The position numbers and the translations under genes were made by a program. From Alphaproteobacteria bacterium (GTDB taxonomy: Bacteria; Pseudomonadota; Alphaproteobacteria; Bin95), in assembly GCA_030833925.1 (NCBI GenBank), contig JAURGE010000007.1, positions 8,048 to 72,047 of the forward strand: a stretch of DNA of 64,000 nt, in the 5' to 3' direction. This document shows positions 1 through 9,704 of this stretch, one piece after another; the stretch's first letter is position 1, and every line of letters starts with the position of its first letter. The notes under the pieces were generated by a model. The model was not told the origin of the DNA, did not search any database, and saw only the letters and a list, made by a program, of their open reading frames with translations.

Positions 1-88
1 AATTCTGCATCGGGGTTCAATGGCATCCCGAATACAGTATTAGCCAAGCTGACGATGCCATTCTCCAAGCTTTCGTAGAGGCTTCACG

Positions 89-847
89 GTGAATCAAGAC
101 CACGAAAAAGAACGTATTGCCAAACGGATTGCCCGGGCTGGGGTTGCTTCTCGGCGTGAAGCTGAAGCTATGATCCTTGCCGGACGGGTATCGCTGAATG
201 GTGTAAGTCTTGAGACTGCGGCAACTCTAGTTAGCTCCAATGACATCATTTTGATCGATGGTAAGCCATTAAATGCACCTGAAAAAACACGGCTCTGGCG
301 TTATCACAAGCCTAAAGGCCTTGTTACAACAAACCGCGACGAACGTGGACGCATAACAATTTTTGACAAATTGCCCAGTACCTTGCCAAGGGTAATGACC
401 GTAGGCCGCCTTGATTTAACATCGGAAGGACTATTGCTGCTGACTAATGATGGGGGATTAGCCCGCACTTTAGAGCACCCTTCACGCGGCTGGACTCGGC
501 GTTACAGAGCTCGAGTTTTTGGCATGCCGCACAATGATGCGCTAGCCGCTTTAAAACGTGGCATCACTGTGGAAGGTATTACATTCGGGTCGATTAACGC
601 TGTCGTCGAAGAAGGCGATCAGAACGCTGGGCGCTCAAACGTTTGGCTCACAGTCACCCTGAAAGAGGGAAAAAACCGTGAGGTTCGAAGAGCCTTAGAA
701 TTTGTGGGGCATCCCGTATCTCGCCTAATCCGAACTGCCTATGGGCCATTCCAACTTGGCAAACTCCAGCCTGGCGAAGTTGAAGAAACTCCTAGTAAGG
801 TCTTGAAAGAGCAACTTGGCACTTCAGCATTAGAGTACAAAATATAA
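89..847 (+). CDS. rluB: RsuA/RluB-family rRNA pseudouridine synthase with N-terminal S4 domain
   Basis: [20 protein letters not shown]4 start, GRLD catalytic motif, EGKNREVRR; adjacent to rsmD. Confidence 0.85.
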   Translation: MNQDHEKERIAKRIARAGVASRREAEAMILAGRVSLNGVSLETAATLVSSNDIILIDGKPLNAPEKTRLWRYHKPKGLVTTNRDERGRITIFDKLPSTLPRVMTVGRLDLTSEGLLLLTNDGGLARTLEHPSRGWTRRYRARVFGMPHNDALAALKRGITVEGITFGSINAVVEEGDQNAGRSNVWLTVTLKEGKNREVRRALEFVGHPVSRLIRTAYGPFQLGKLQPGEVEETPSKVLKEQLGTSALEYKI

Positions 848-851
848 GAAT

Positions 852-1412
852 ATGCGGATTGTTGGCGGCATTCACAGAGGACGGCCTATCAAAGCACCAG
901 AGGGGTTAGATGTTCGTCCGACATCAGATCGCGTTCGGCAAGCTCTATTTAATGTCCTTGAACACGGAAACCTGCCCAAAATTGGTAACCCGGTTGTTGA
1001 TGCTGTAGTGTTGGATGCGTTTTCCGGCACAGGTGCTCTTGCGATTGAAGCTTTATCGCGTGGAGCAGCGTCGGCGATATGCATGGATAGTAACCAAAAG
1101 GTTTTGGAGCAAATTCAAGAAAACGTTGTTAGTCTATCTGAAATAAATAGGATAAAACTGGTCCTAGCGGATGCAACGAAACCTCCTCGTGCGACTACTT
1201 CCGCTAATCTCATATTCATGGATCCGCCCTACGGCCTGGAGCTTCCCGAACTAGCATTAAAAGCTCTTTTAGCTGCTAACTGGATTGCCAAAGATGCAAT
1301 TGTGGTCGTCGAAACCGGGTCGAACGAGACCGTCAATTCCATAGATGGCTTCATCATTTGCGATCAACGCAAATATGGTCGAACCGCTCTAACTTTTCTG
1401 CAAGCTCATTAA
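852..1412 (+). CDS. rsmD: 16S rRNA m2G966 methyltransferase
   Basis: MRIVGG, RPTSDRVRQALFN, DAFSGTGAL, DPPY motifs. Confidence 0.95.
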   Translation: MRIVGGIHRGRPIKAPEGLDVRPTSDRVRQALFNVLEHGNLPKIGNPVVDAVVLDAFSGTGALAIEALSRGAASAICMDSNQKVLEQIQENVVSLSEINRIKLVLADATKPPRATTSANLIFMDPPYGLELPELALKALLAANWIAKDAIVVVETGSNETVNSIDGFIICDQRKYGRTALTFLQAH

Positions 1413-1508
1413 TATTATCATTCGGATATAAATCTTAAAAAAAACTCGAAGCCTCACGCAGTCCTACGATCTTAACACGATATCATTAGTTGCAGCTGTG
1501 TAACCGCA

Positions 1509-2210
1509 TTACTCTGCAGCCAGACGTCCAAAACGTGTTTCAAGTTCAGACAAAACCGCATCCAAAGGTTCTACATCCGCCATTTTCATATCCATATCAA
1601 ACATATTAGCTCGATGAACTTGCTGTGATCGGTCCCCACAGCAATCCTCAATAACAGTCACGCGAAAATTGTGGTTAAACGCATCCAACGCACCAGCCCG
1701 AACACATCCTGAGGTTGAAATACCTACGATAATAATACTGTCGATACCCTCATAACGAAGCCAACTTTCCAGAGGTGTAGCGAAGAAGGGGGAAGGTTTA
1801 TTTTTCAGAACCACAACATCTCGCTGTCGAGGCCCATAGGACTCTGGCCATTGGTCAGCTTCAGGGTCAGAGGTGTATTGGTATGTGTTTGAAGTTCCAA
1901 GTTTTAAATTCCAAACGCCCCTCTTTGTGGGATGGCTTCTATCGTCTCGACGACTATAAAAAATAGGCAAATTGAGTTGCCTAAATGCCTCGGTCACCCG
2001 AACTAAATTAGCCAGTAATCTCTCATCTCGCTCTGCACACATATCGTATTTTGGATCAACAAAATTATTTGTTGTATCGATATTCAAAAGTGCTGGTCTT
2101 GCTCCAATTCCAATTTTTTCGCCAAACCCAGCCTTTGCATAAGCTTGCATCTCAGACTCATCTATAAGGTCTGCCCATCGGCGCAGCTTGGCATTAGGTA
2201 CCTTAGACAT
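1509..2210 (-). CDS. Isochorismatase-family cysteine hydrolase (maleamate amidohydrolase / N-carbamoylsarcosine amidase-like)
   Basis: Asp-Lys-Cys triad: PALLNID, KNKPSPF, GISTSGCVRA. Confidence 0.85.
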   Translation of the reverse strand: MSKVPNAKLRRWADLIDESEMQAYAKAGFGEKIGIGARPALLNIDTTNNFVDPKYDMCAERDERLLANLVRVTEAFRQLNLPIFYSRRDDRSHPTKRGVWNLKLGTSNTYQYTSDPEADQWPESYGPRQRDVVVLKNKPSPFFATPLESWLRYEGIDSIIIVGISTSGCVRAGALDAFNHNFRVTVIEDCCGDRSQQVHRANMFDMDMKMADVEPLDAVLSELETRFGRLAAE

Positions 2211-2299
2211 CAGCCCATCCTGGTTTCAAACTGTTAGCATCAACTTTGTGACACTTTAAAGCTTTTGAAACGCCTGAAGTTAATATTTTAAGCGATCCA

Positions 2300-2953
2300 T
2301 TACCCTTGCGCCGGCAACCAGGGTTCGCCAATTTTGTCGAGAAACACAAATTCACCGATGTCCCCTCGCCCTACTGGCCCAAAATTACCCATCGGATACC
2401 CGATCGGTATTATAGCATAAGAGTGCACACCTTTCGGTAATCCTAGAGCCTTTTCAGACTCTTCCTCAAAGTAAAGGTGCCGGTTGGTGAGAGTGGCGCC
2501 AAGACCAAGCGTACGCGCAGCTAAAAGCATGTTCTGAACAGCAGGATAAATTGATGCCCCCGAGTGACGAGTTGGCTTCGCGTCACCGTGATCTATGCAC
2601 GCCACGACCCAGATTGGTGCTTCATGGAAATGATCTGTGAGGTATTCAACTGCAGAATGCTGTCGATGGTAGCTTTCTTTTGTTGCGCCTGGCGGAGGCT
2701 TTATTGTTGAGTAGCGGGGACTAATCCATTCGTCATAAGCACGTTTATAAATTTTTTGGACCTTTTTCTTAATTTCAACGTCTTTGACTACCAAGAACCT
2801 CCAGGTTTGCATGTTACCGCCATTTGCTGCGGACATGCCGGCTTTTAAAATTTTAACGATTAAATGATCTGGAACTGGATCGGGTCTTAACCGGCGCATG
2901 GCCCTTGTTGTTGCCATGATGTCGAAGACATCTCGTGAAGAAAGATCAACCAT
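2300..2953 (-). CDS. Nitroreductase-family flavoprotein
   Basis: TTRAMRR, AANGGNMQTWRF, AVQNMLLAARTLGLG, IPIGYP. Confidence 0.9.
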   Translation of the reverse strand: MVDLSSRDVFDIMATTRAMRRLRPDPVPDHLIVKILKAGMSAANGGNMQTWRFLVVKDVEIKKKVQKIYKRAYDEWISPRYSTIKPPPGATKESYHRQHSAVEYLTDHFHEAPIWVVACIDHGDAKPTRHSGASIYPAVQNMLLAARTLGLGATLTNRHLYFEEESEKALGLPKGVHSYAIIPIGYPMGNFGPVGRGDIGEFVFLDKIGEPWLPAQG

Positions 2954-3126
2954 TAAAATTACACTCCGAATGATAAATGCATCTAATAAAGTTCAGCAAA
3001 CAAACCTAATTAGTTAAATTTTCTAATACATCACCACTTCAGATAATTTCAGGCAACAAAAAAGGGCTATGGCAATCCGGCCTAACAGGTTTACCATTAA
3101 TTATTATAGCAAGGGAGGTTTGCTAG

Positions 3127-4011
3127 ATGCCGCTCTCTATTAGCCAATTGGGCCCCTGTTTTGCGGGCGAAGTTACCAACATAGACTTAACCAAACCACT
3201 TGCCGCTGGTGTTGCACAAGAAATCCACGATGCAATGGATGAGTATGCTGTTTTGGTCTTCCCAAACCAGGACTTCACAGATGAAACCCAGATTTCATTC
3301 ACTGAACAGCTAGGCCCAATTGAGCATTCGATTGGAGCAGGGCTAAGAAAGCCGGATGAATATCGGCTTTCAACTCACTTCGCCGACGTATCAAATCTCG
3401 ATAAAGAAAATAACGTTTATGGACGTGAAGACCGTCGGCGGCTCTTTGCCATAGGGAACCGTCTCTGGCATTCCGATAGCAGTTTCAAAGTTGTGCCTGC
3501 CAAGTATTCACTGCTTCACGCTCGTGCGATCCCATCAAAGGGTGGCAACACTGAATTTGCGGACATGCGGACAGCATATGATGAACTAGAACAGGAGATG
3601 AAAGACCACATAGATGGAATGATTGCCGAGCATACGCAGATTCATAGTAGAAGATCTGTTGGCTTCGAAGAATTCGACGAAGAAGAGCGAATTCGCATGG
3701 CTCCGGTAAAACAGCGGCTTGTCAGAACTCACCCATCAACTGGCCGAAAATCACTGTATCTTTCTAGCCATGCTGGTCGGATTGATGGTGTTCCAGTTAC
3801 TGAAGCAATGCTTTTATTAAAAGACCTCACTGAGCATGCCACTCAGCGGGAATATGTTTATTCACATAAATGGCGGCTGCACGATCTGGTCATTTGGGAT
3901 AACCGCCGGACAATGCACAGGGCTCGCCCCTTCCCCGAGCATGAGCCACGTGACATGCGACGAACGACTGTAATTGGTGATGGTCCAACCGTTGACCAGA
4001 AGGTGGCCTGA
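3127..4011 (+). CDS. TauD/TfdA-family Fe(II)/2-oxoglutarate dioxygenase, TfdA-like
   Basis: NRLWHSDSSF (HxD), GGNTEFADM, WDNRRTMHRA; GGGAGG RBS. Confidence 0.9.
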   Translation: MPLSISQLGPCFAGEVTNIDLTKPLAAGVAQEIHDAMDEYAVLVFPNQDFTDETQISFTEQLGPIEHSIGAGLRKPDEYRLSTHFADVSNLDKENNVYGREDRRRLFAIGNRLWHSDSSFKVVPAKYSLLHARAIPSKGGNTEFADMRTAYDELEQEMKDHIDGMIAEHTQIHSRRSVGFEEFDEEERIRMAPVKQRLVRTHPSTGRKSLYLSSHAGRIDGVPVTEAMLLLKDLTEHATQREYVYSHKWRLHDLVIWDNRRTMHRARPFPEHEPRDMRRTTVIGDGPTVDQKVA

Positions 4012-4854
4012 TTACTTTCCGCTCGAGCGCGCAAAGAACTCTAGAAGGGTAGAATTGAAAATATTTGGAGATTCCCAAAAAAGTGGATGCCCAACATCTG
4101 GTACGATCACTGACTCGGCAGAACCTATTCGTGGAATAATGTGTCGGAGTAAGGCAGGCGGCAGATATAGGTCTGCACCGCCTGTCATTAAAAGCATTGG
4201 CACCTGGTTGGACGCTAAATTCTTCCAGTTAATCTGCGCAATACGTCCTTGAACAACACGCTGTTTCTTAGGCCCAAAATTATTTAGGTGATAGATTTCA
4301 AGGAATTCCTTTACGCCGTCAGGATCAAGAGCTCGAAAGGAGGCAGAAATCTCACGTGCTTCGACTGGAAGCTCATTAAACCAGCTTGGCCGGGCTCTTT
4401 CTGATGCAATCTTATAGTCATCTTCTTCGATGCTCATAAGGCTTGATGCAACGACAGAAGAAATTGTCCGTTCGGGAAATGCCAGAGTAAAATCAAGCGC
4501 GCAGGAGCCCCCTGCAGCAGAGCCAACCACATGCACACGCTGTATACCAAAACAGTCAAGAAGAAGCGCTAAATCACCGGCCTCGGTTCCGTGGTCATTA
4601 ACGGGGCCAATTTCTGACCCAAAATATCCACGCCTTGAATAACCTATTACGCGATACCCAGCCTTGGCAAATATCGGCTGTTGTCTACTCCACGACCTAT
4701 GGTTTCCTGAATGGGGATGAATAAAAACAACTACCTCTCCATCACCGGAGGTGTCCCAAGCATACAATGCAGCACCATTTGCAAGCCGATGAATACCCTC
4801 GTACTGCTTAACCTGAATTGGTGGAGGTGGCAGGGGCAAGGCATCCACTAACAA
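4012..4854 (-). CDS. Alpha/beta-hydrolase fold protein with a non-canonical elbow (GSAAG)
   Basis: GYRVIGYSRRGYFGS, GGADLY, VGHPLFWESP; TTG start after AGGA. Confidence 0.8.
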   Translation of the reverse strand: MLVDALPLPPPPIQVKQYEGIHRLANGAALYAWDTSGDGEVVVFIHPHSGNHRSWSRQQPIFAKAGYRVIGYSRRGYFGSEIGPVNDHGTEAGDLALLLDCFGIQRVHVVGSAAGGSCALDFTLAFPERTISSVVASSLMSIEEDDYKIASERARPSWFNELPVEAREISASFRALDPDGVKEFLEIYHLNNFGPKKQRVVQGRIAQINWKNLASNQVPMLLMTGGADLYLPPALLRHIIPRIGSAESVIVPDVGHPLFWESPNIFNSTLLEFFARSSGK

Positions 4855-4897
4855 TTTCTAAATCCTGCATGACTGAATAGAGATAACTGCTGGCTAC

Positions 4898-5569
4898 TTA
4901 TTGAGGCCGATCTAGAGCCACAACATCGCCATTTTGCATAAGTAACATCCGATCGATCAGATCAATAAATAACCCATGCGCAACAACACCTGGGGTCATA
5001 TTCAGCAAAACATCCAATTCATATGGATCTTCTATTAACTCAAATGCCGCATCAATAATCCAATGGCCCTCATCGGACACAAAAGGCTTGCCATCTTGCA
5101 ATCTGATTTCGGATTTAGCCCCTAGGTCAGATATTTTTCTCAAAACCACAGAGCTTGCAAAAGGCGAAACCTCAATGGGAAGTGGGAATTTACCGAGTCT
5201 ATCAACTAATTTTGTGTCATCACCGATGTACACTACTGTCTCTGAGATACTGGCAACGATCTTTTCACGCATTAAAGCACCGCCGCCGCCCTTTATTGCA
5301 GTTAAATTGGCATCTACCTCATCAACTCCATCAACAGTAAGGTCAATTTTACTCAGAACATCTAAGCCAACAACATCAAACCCGAGCCCTAACGCCATAA
5401 CCGCTGTAGCCTCAGATGTAGCCACGCAGCGCGGTCGGAGACCCCTCTCAGCTAAGGCTTGGATAAAACAAGTAGCTGTTGAGCCGGTACCCAATCCAAG
5501 GGTCATTCCAGATTCGACAAGGTCTGCCGCAGCCTTGCCAACACGCTCTTTCTGATCTTGTTGGGACAC
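4898..5569 (-). CDS. rpiA: Ribose-5-phosphate isomerase A
   Basis: GLGTGST, DGVDE, KGGGGALMREK. Confidence 0.96.
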   Translation of the reverse strand: MSQQDQKERVGKAAADLVESGMTLGLGTGSTATCFIQALAERGLRPRCVATSEATAVMALGLGFDVVGLDVLSKIDLTVDGVDEVDANLTAIKGGGGALMREKIVASISETVVYIGDDTKLVDRLGKFPLPIEVSPFASSVVLRKISDLGAKSEIRLQDGKPFVSDEGHWIIDAAFELIEDPYELDVLLNMTPGVVAHGLFIDLIDRMLLMQNGDVVALDRPQ

Positions 5570-5652
5570 GTCTGTCTAACCATTTCCGCGTTGAGTGAAC
5601 ATATTCATTCTGCAGTATTAAAAATTTAACGCCAACAGGCTGGAGTGTGCCA

Positions 5653-7395
5653 TTAATTTGCTAACGCCGCATCCTCCAACACCAACCTAGCTTCATCCCT
5701 TCCCTGCCATGTATTAATTTCAATTCGACCGGCAACGTGAATTACGGGCGGTTTAGAGCAAATAAAGTCGCCCAAGTCCGAACCAACACTGCGAAAACAC
5801 ATTGCGGAAATCCTGGAGCTATCAGGTCCTTCTAATTGAAGCGCTAAATGCGCCTCCTTAATAATTTTAATATCTCGAACCCGAAGCCCCCCGAGTGCAA
5901 ATCTTGGTTCCGGATTACCCATTCCAAAAGGAGCCAGTCTATCTAGAGCGGTAGCCGCGGCATATGCCCCTTGCGGCCCGACGACTGCATCGATCCTCAT
6001 AGAAGACTGTGAAGCTGCTTTTTCAATACTATCAGAAATTAAATCAGATAACGCTTTAATAAAACTTGAAAAGCCGTTGTCATCTAGCCGAAAACCAGCA
6101 GCCATGTTGTGGCCACCCCCTGAGATTAATAAGCCGCTCTCACGAAGTGCAATAACTGCTGGACCAAGCGCCACACCAGGAATTGACCGACCTGAGCCGG
6201 TAGCAATTCCATTTTCAATTGACGCCACCAGGGCAGGACGCCCGAACCGTTCAACTAGGCGACTTGCAACAATACCAACTACTCCTTGCCGCCACCCCTG
6301 CCCTTTGACAGCAATAACTTTGGCCCCCTGCGCTGCCTGACTTTCTGCCTCTAAAACTGCTTCATCGAAGACAGAACGCTCTATTTGCTGACGTTCACGA
6401 TTGAGATTATCCAATTCGGCGGCAATTTTTGCAGCCTTCTCTGGATCATCCGTAGATAACAATTCAAGGCCCAAATCACTTTGGCCAATCCGCCCCCCTG
6501 CATTAATCCTTGGCCCAACGATAAAACCCATATGTGAAGCTTTTAAGCTTCCAGATACACCTGCCAACCTTAACAATTCCGCGATACCAATTTTAGGCCG
6601 TTGAGACATCGCACGAAGACCTTGGGCAACTAAAGCCCGGTTAACTCCAGTCAGAGGTGCCACATCAGCGATAGTTCCCAGTGCGACTAAATCGAGAAAA
6701 CTCAAAAGATCGATATCGCTCCCAAGTTTTCGCCTGAGAGCTACAACGAACAAAAAAACCACACCAACGGCAGCTAACTGAGTGTGAGGGCTTGTTTCAT
6801 CAGCTCTGTTTGGATTAACCACAGCATAAGCAGCGGGTGTTTCGGCTGCTCCCACATGGTGGTCGAGGACGATAACGTCTACGCCGAGGGCATTAGCGGA
6901 ATCAATCGCCTCAAATGCAGTAGCACCACAATCTAATGTGATAACTAGACTAGCGCCCATTTCTCTGAGCTTGGCGATAGCGCGAGGATTAGGGCCGTAT
7001 CCTTCTTTTTCTCTGTCTGGGACGTAAGTAACTGTATCACCACCTACTGCCTCAAGAAATCTTCGAAGCAGAGCTCCAGAAGTTGCACCATCAACATCAT
7101 AGTCGGCTAAAATTGCAATCCGCTCACTGGAGTTAAGAGCTTTAATAACACGCTCAACGGCAACATCCATATCAAGGAAATCTGACGGGTCAGGAAGTTG
7201 TTCTCTTAACCTGGGCGTCAAATACGCATCAGCATCTTCCGGACTTGAAGTGCGAGCAGCTAAAACACTAGCAACCGCGTCGGGAAGATCAAATTGTCTA
7301 GCAAGAAATTGAGCGCGCTGCGTATCTCCTGCGGCAGAGACCCAAGCCTTTCCACTCGCTGACTTGTTAACATTAAGAACGAATTCAGAGAGCAA
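5653..7395 (-). CDS. recJ: Single-stranded-DNA-specific exonuclease RecJ (start moved to TTG 7395, after GAGGAG)
   Basis: DYDVDG, DHH, PRINAGGR, GGHNMAAG, PFGMGNPEP. Confidence 0.95.
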   Translation of the reverse strand: MLSEFVLNVNKSASGKAWVSAAGDTQRAQFLARQFDLPDAVASVLAARTSSPEDADAYLTPRLREQLPDPSDFLDMDVAVERVIKALNSSERIAILADYDVDGATSGALLRRFLEAVGGDTVTYVPDREKEGYGPNPRAIAKLREMGASLVITLDCGATAFEAIDSANALGVDVIVLDHHVGAAETPAAYAVVNPNRADETSPHTQLAAVGVVFLFVVALRRKLGSDIDLLSFLDLVALGTIADVAPLTGVNRALVAQGLRAMSQRPKIGIAELLRLAGVSGSLKASHMGFIVGPRINAGGRIGQSDLGLELLSTDDPEKAAKIAAELDNLNRERQQIERSVFDEAVLEAESQAAQGAKVIAVKGQGWRQGVVGIVASRLVERFGRPALVASIENGIATGSGRSIPGVALGPAVIALRESGLLISGGGHNMAAGFRLDDNGFSSFIKALSDLISDSIEKAASQSSMRIDAVVGPQGAYAAATALDRLAPFGMGNPEPRFALGGLRVRDIKIIKEAHLALQLEGPDSSRISAMCFRSVGSDLGDFICSKPPVIHVAGRIEINTWQGRDEARLVLEDAALAN

Positions 7396-7409
7396 AAAGC
7401 AAACTCTCC

Positions 7410-8384
7410 TCAATCAAACATCGATTTTCGCTCAAAATTGTGAAAGGTCTCTATTTTACGAACAGTTCCTGTCTTGGAACGCATAACTAGGGACTGTGTC
7501 GTTACCCCTTGTCCTTCCCGACGAACACCAGCAAGCATGGAACCGCTAGTCACACCTGTCGCAGCAAACATTACATCGCCAGAGGCTAATTCTTCTAGAT
7601 TATATTTACGGTTTAAATCTTCTACACCTATCCGATGGGCGCGCCCGCGCTCATCGTCGTTCCTAAAAATTAAACGTCCTTGAAATTGCCCGCCGATGCA
7701 ACGAAGGGCTGCAGCGGCAAGCACGCCCTCGGGAGCACCGCCAGATCCCATATAAATATCTACACCGCTGTCGGGATTTGTCGTCGCTATGACGCCAGAC
7801 ACATCACCATCAGAAATAAGCATGATGCGCGCACCAGAATTTCTGACCTCTTCAATCAATTCTTGATGACGGGGACGATCAAGTATGCACGCCACTAAAT
7901 CCTGTATTTTTACACCTCTGGCATCCGCCAGATTATGAAGATTTTGAGTAGGCGTATTATCAAGATCGATCACACCGGCTGGAAGCCCTGGTCCAACACC
8001 TATTTTATCCATGTAGACATCCGGAGCATGCAAAAAGCCCCCATCATCTGCCATAGCAATAACCGCTAGAGCATTTGCTCCGCCCTTTGCGGTAATCGTC
8101 GTTCCTTCTAAAGGGTCCAACGCAATGTCTATCTTAGGACCTTTACCAGTGCCAACTTTCTCTCCGATGAAAAGCATTGGCGCTTCATCGCGCTCGCCCT
8201 CTCCAATCACAACCTTGCCATCTATGTCTAAGGAATTGAGTGCTTGCCTCATCGCATCAACAGCGGCCTGGTCTGCAGCCTTTTCATCGCCACGCCCCAT
8301 TAGGCGGGATGCAGCGAGCGCCGCAAATTCTGTAACACGTACTGCCTCAAGCGCCAGGTTACGGTCCATCTTTTCTAATGACAT
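7410..8384 (-). CDS. glpX: Class II fructose-1,6-bisphosphatase
   Basis: VIGEGERDEAPML, DPLEGT, GGAPEGV. Confidence 0.97.
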   Translation of the reverse strand: MSLEKMDRNLALEAVRVTEFAALAASRLMGRGDEKAADQAAVDAMRQALNSLDIDGKVVIGEGERDEAPMLFIGEKVGTGKGPKIDIALDPLEGTTITAKGGANALAVIAMADDGGFLHAPDVYMDKIGVGPGLPAGVIDLDNTPTQNLHNLADARGVKIQDLVACILDRPRHQELIEEVRNSGARIMLISDGDVSGVIATTNPDSGVDIYMGSGGAPEGVLAAAALRCIGGQFQGRLIFRNDDERGRAHRIGVEDLNRKYNLEELASGDVMFAATGVTSGSMLAGVRREGQGVTTQSLVMRSKTGTVRKIETFHNFERKSMFD

Positions 8385-8417
8385 ATTCTAGTTTCCTCCG
8401 ACCTTTAAAAGGCGCAC

Positions 8418-9704
8418 TTAGATAGATTCTATCCGCATCAAAATAGGGGGTTCTGCTACAGTCGCCAATGCACTCAGCTCTGTGACCACATTGCGGATCG
8501 TGCCCTCATTTGTATCATGCGTAGTCATTACAACAGGCACAGCTTCTTCAGGCTGACGTCCATGCTGCAATAGAGACTCTATTGATACACCGTTACGCCC
8601 AAACACATCGGCCATTGCTGCTATCACACCTGGGCGATCAATGACCATGACCCGGATGTAATACGAACCAGATCGAGCCGAGACTGGTGTAACTGATAAC
8701 TCCTTTAGAGTTGAAGCCGCACCGCCAAAACCTCGCGCACCTCTTCCTCCGGCTATATCCACGATGTCACCCATAACTGCCGACGCTGTTGCCCCACCGC
8801 CAGCTCCTGGGCCGACCAGTAACGACTGGCCTACAGGTAAACCTTCAATGAGAACGGCATTCGTCACACCATCAACGCGTGCTAGCGGGTGTGATTTTGG
8901 GGTCATGCAAGCAGATACCCTCTGCATTAGACCTTCTGGCGTTTTCTCAGCCACGCCAATCAGCCGAATTTGATAACCCAATTCTTTGGCAAACCGGATG
9001 TCGAGATCCGACACATGCCTAATCCCAGAGGTATCGACGGACTCAAAATGTGGGGTGCCTCCAAATGCAATAGCGGCCAAAATAGAGAGCTTCTGCGCAG
9101 CATCGACACCATCGATGTCAAAAGCTGGATCAGCCTCGGCGTAACCCATTTCTTGGGCTTCCTTTAACACGTCGGCGAAGGAGCGTCCGGTTTCAAACAT
9201 TTCTGTAACTATATAGTTACATGTCCCGTTCAGGATCCCTGAAACTCTATTAATCCGGTTTCCTGCCAAACCCTCTTTGAGTGCCTTTAAAACCGGTATC
9301 CCCCCGGCTACAGCAGCCTCAAAGGCTAGAGTAACGTTGTGATTTTCAGCCAGCGAGGCCAACGTGGCTCCATGCCGCGATATCATTGCCTTGTTCGCAG
9401 TAACCAGGTGCTTACCAGCAGCAAGCGCTGCTTCTGCTATCTGTAAGGCAACACCACCTTCGCCACCGACAAGCTCAACCACCACATCAACATCATCGCT
9501 TGCAACAAGTGATAACGGGTCATCTCGCCATACATAATCTCGGAGATTGATCCCACGGTCCTTTAATTTATCGCGCGCAGATACTTCTGTAACCTGTACC
9601 GCCTGGCCTGACCGCGCCTCAATGATATCGGCGTGATCCTTGAGCGTGCGAAGTGTTTCGGAACCAACAACTCCTAATCCGATAACTCCCAATCGCATCG
9701 TCAT
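8418..9704 (-). CDS. hom: Homoserine dehydrogenase with C-terminal ACT domain
   Basis: GLGVVG, TANKA, EAAVAGGIP, NGTCNY, GYAEADP, DRPGV. Confidence 0.96.
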   Translation of the reverse strand: MTMRLGVIGLGVVGSETLRTLKDHADIIEARSGQAVQVTEVSARDKLKDRGINLRDYVWRDDPLSLVASDDVDVVVELVGGEGGVALQIAEAALAAGKHLVTANKAMISRHGATLASLAENHNVTLAFEAAVAGGIPVLKALKEGLAGNRINRVSGILNGTCNYIVTEMFETGRSFADVLKEAQEMGYAEADPAFDIDGVDAAQKLSILAAIAFGGTPHFESVDTSGIRHVSDLDIRFAKELGYQIRLIGVAEKTPEGLMQRVSACMTPKSHPLARVDGVTNAVLIEGLPVGQSLLVGPGAGGGATASAVMGDIVDIAGGRGARGFGGAASTLKELSVTPVSARSGSYYIRVMVIDRPGVIAAMADVFGRNGVSIESLLQHGRQPEEAVPVVMTTHDTNEGTIRNVVTELSALATVAEPPILMRIESI

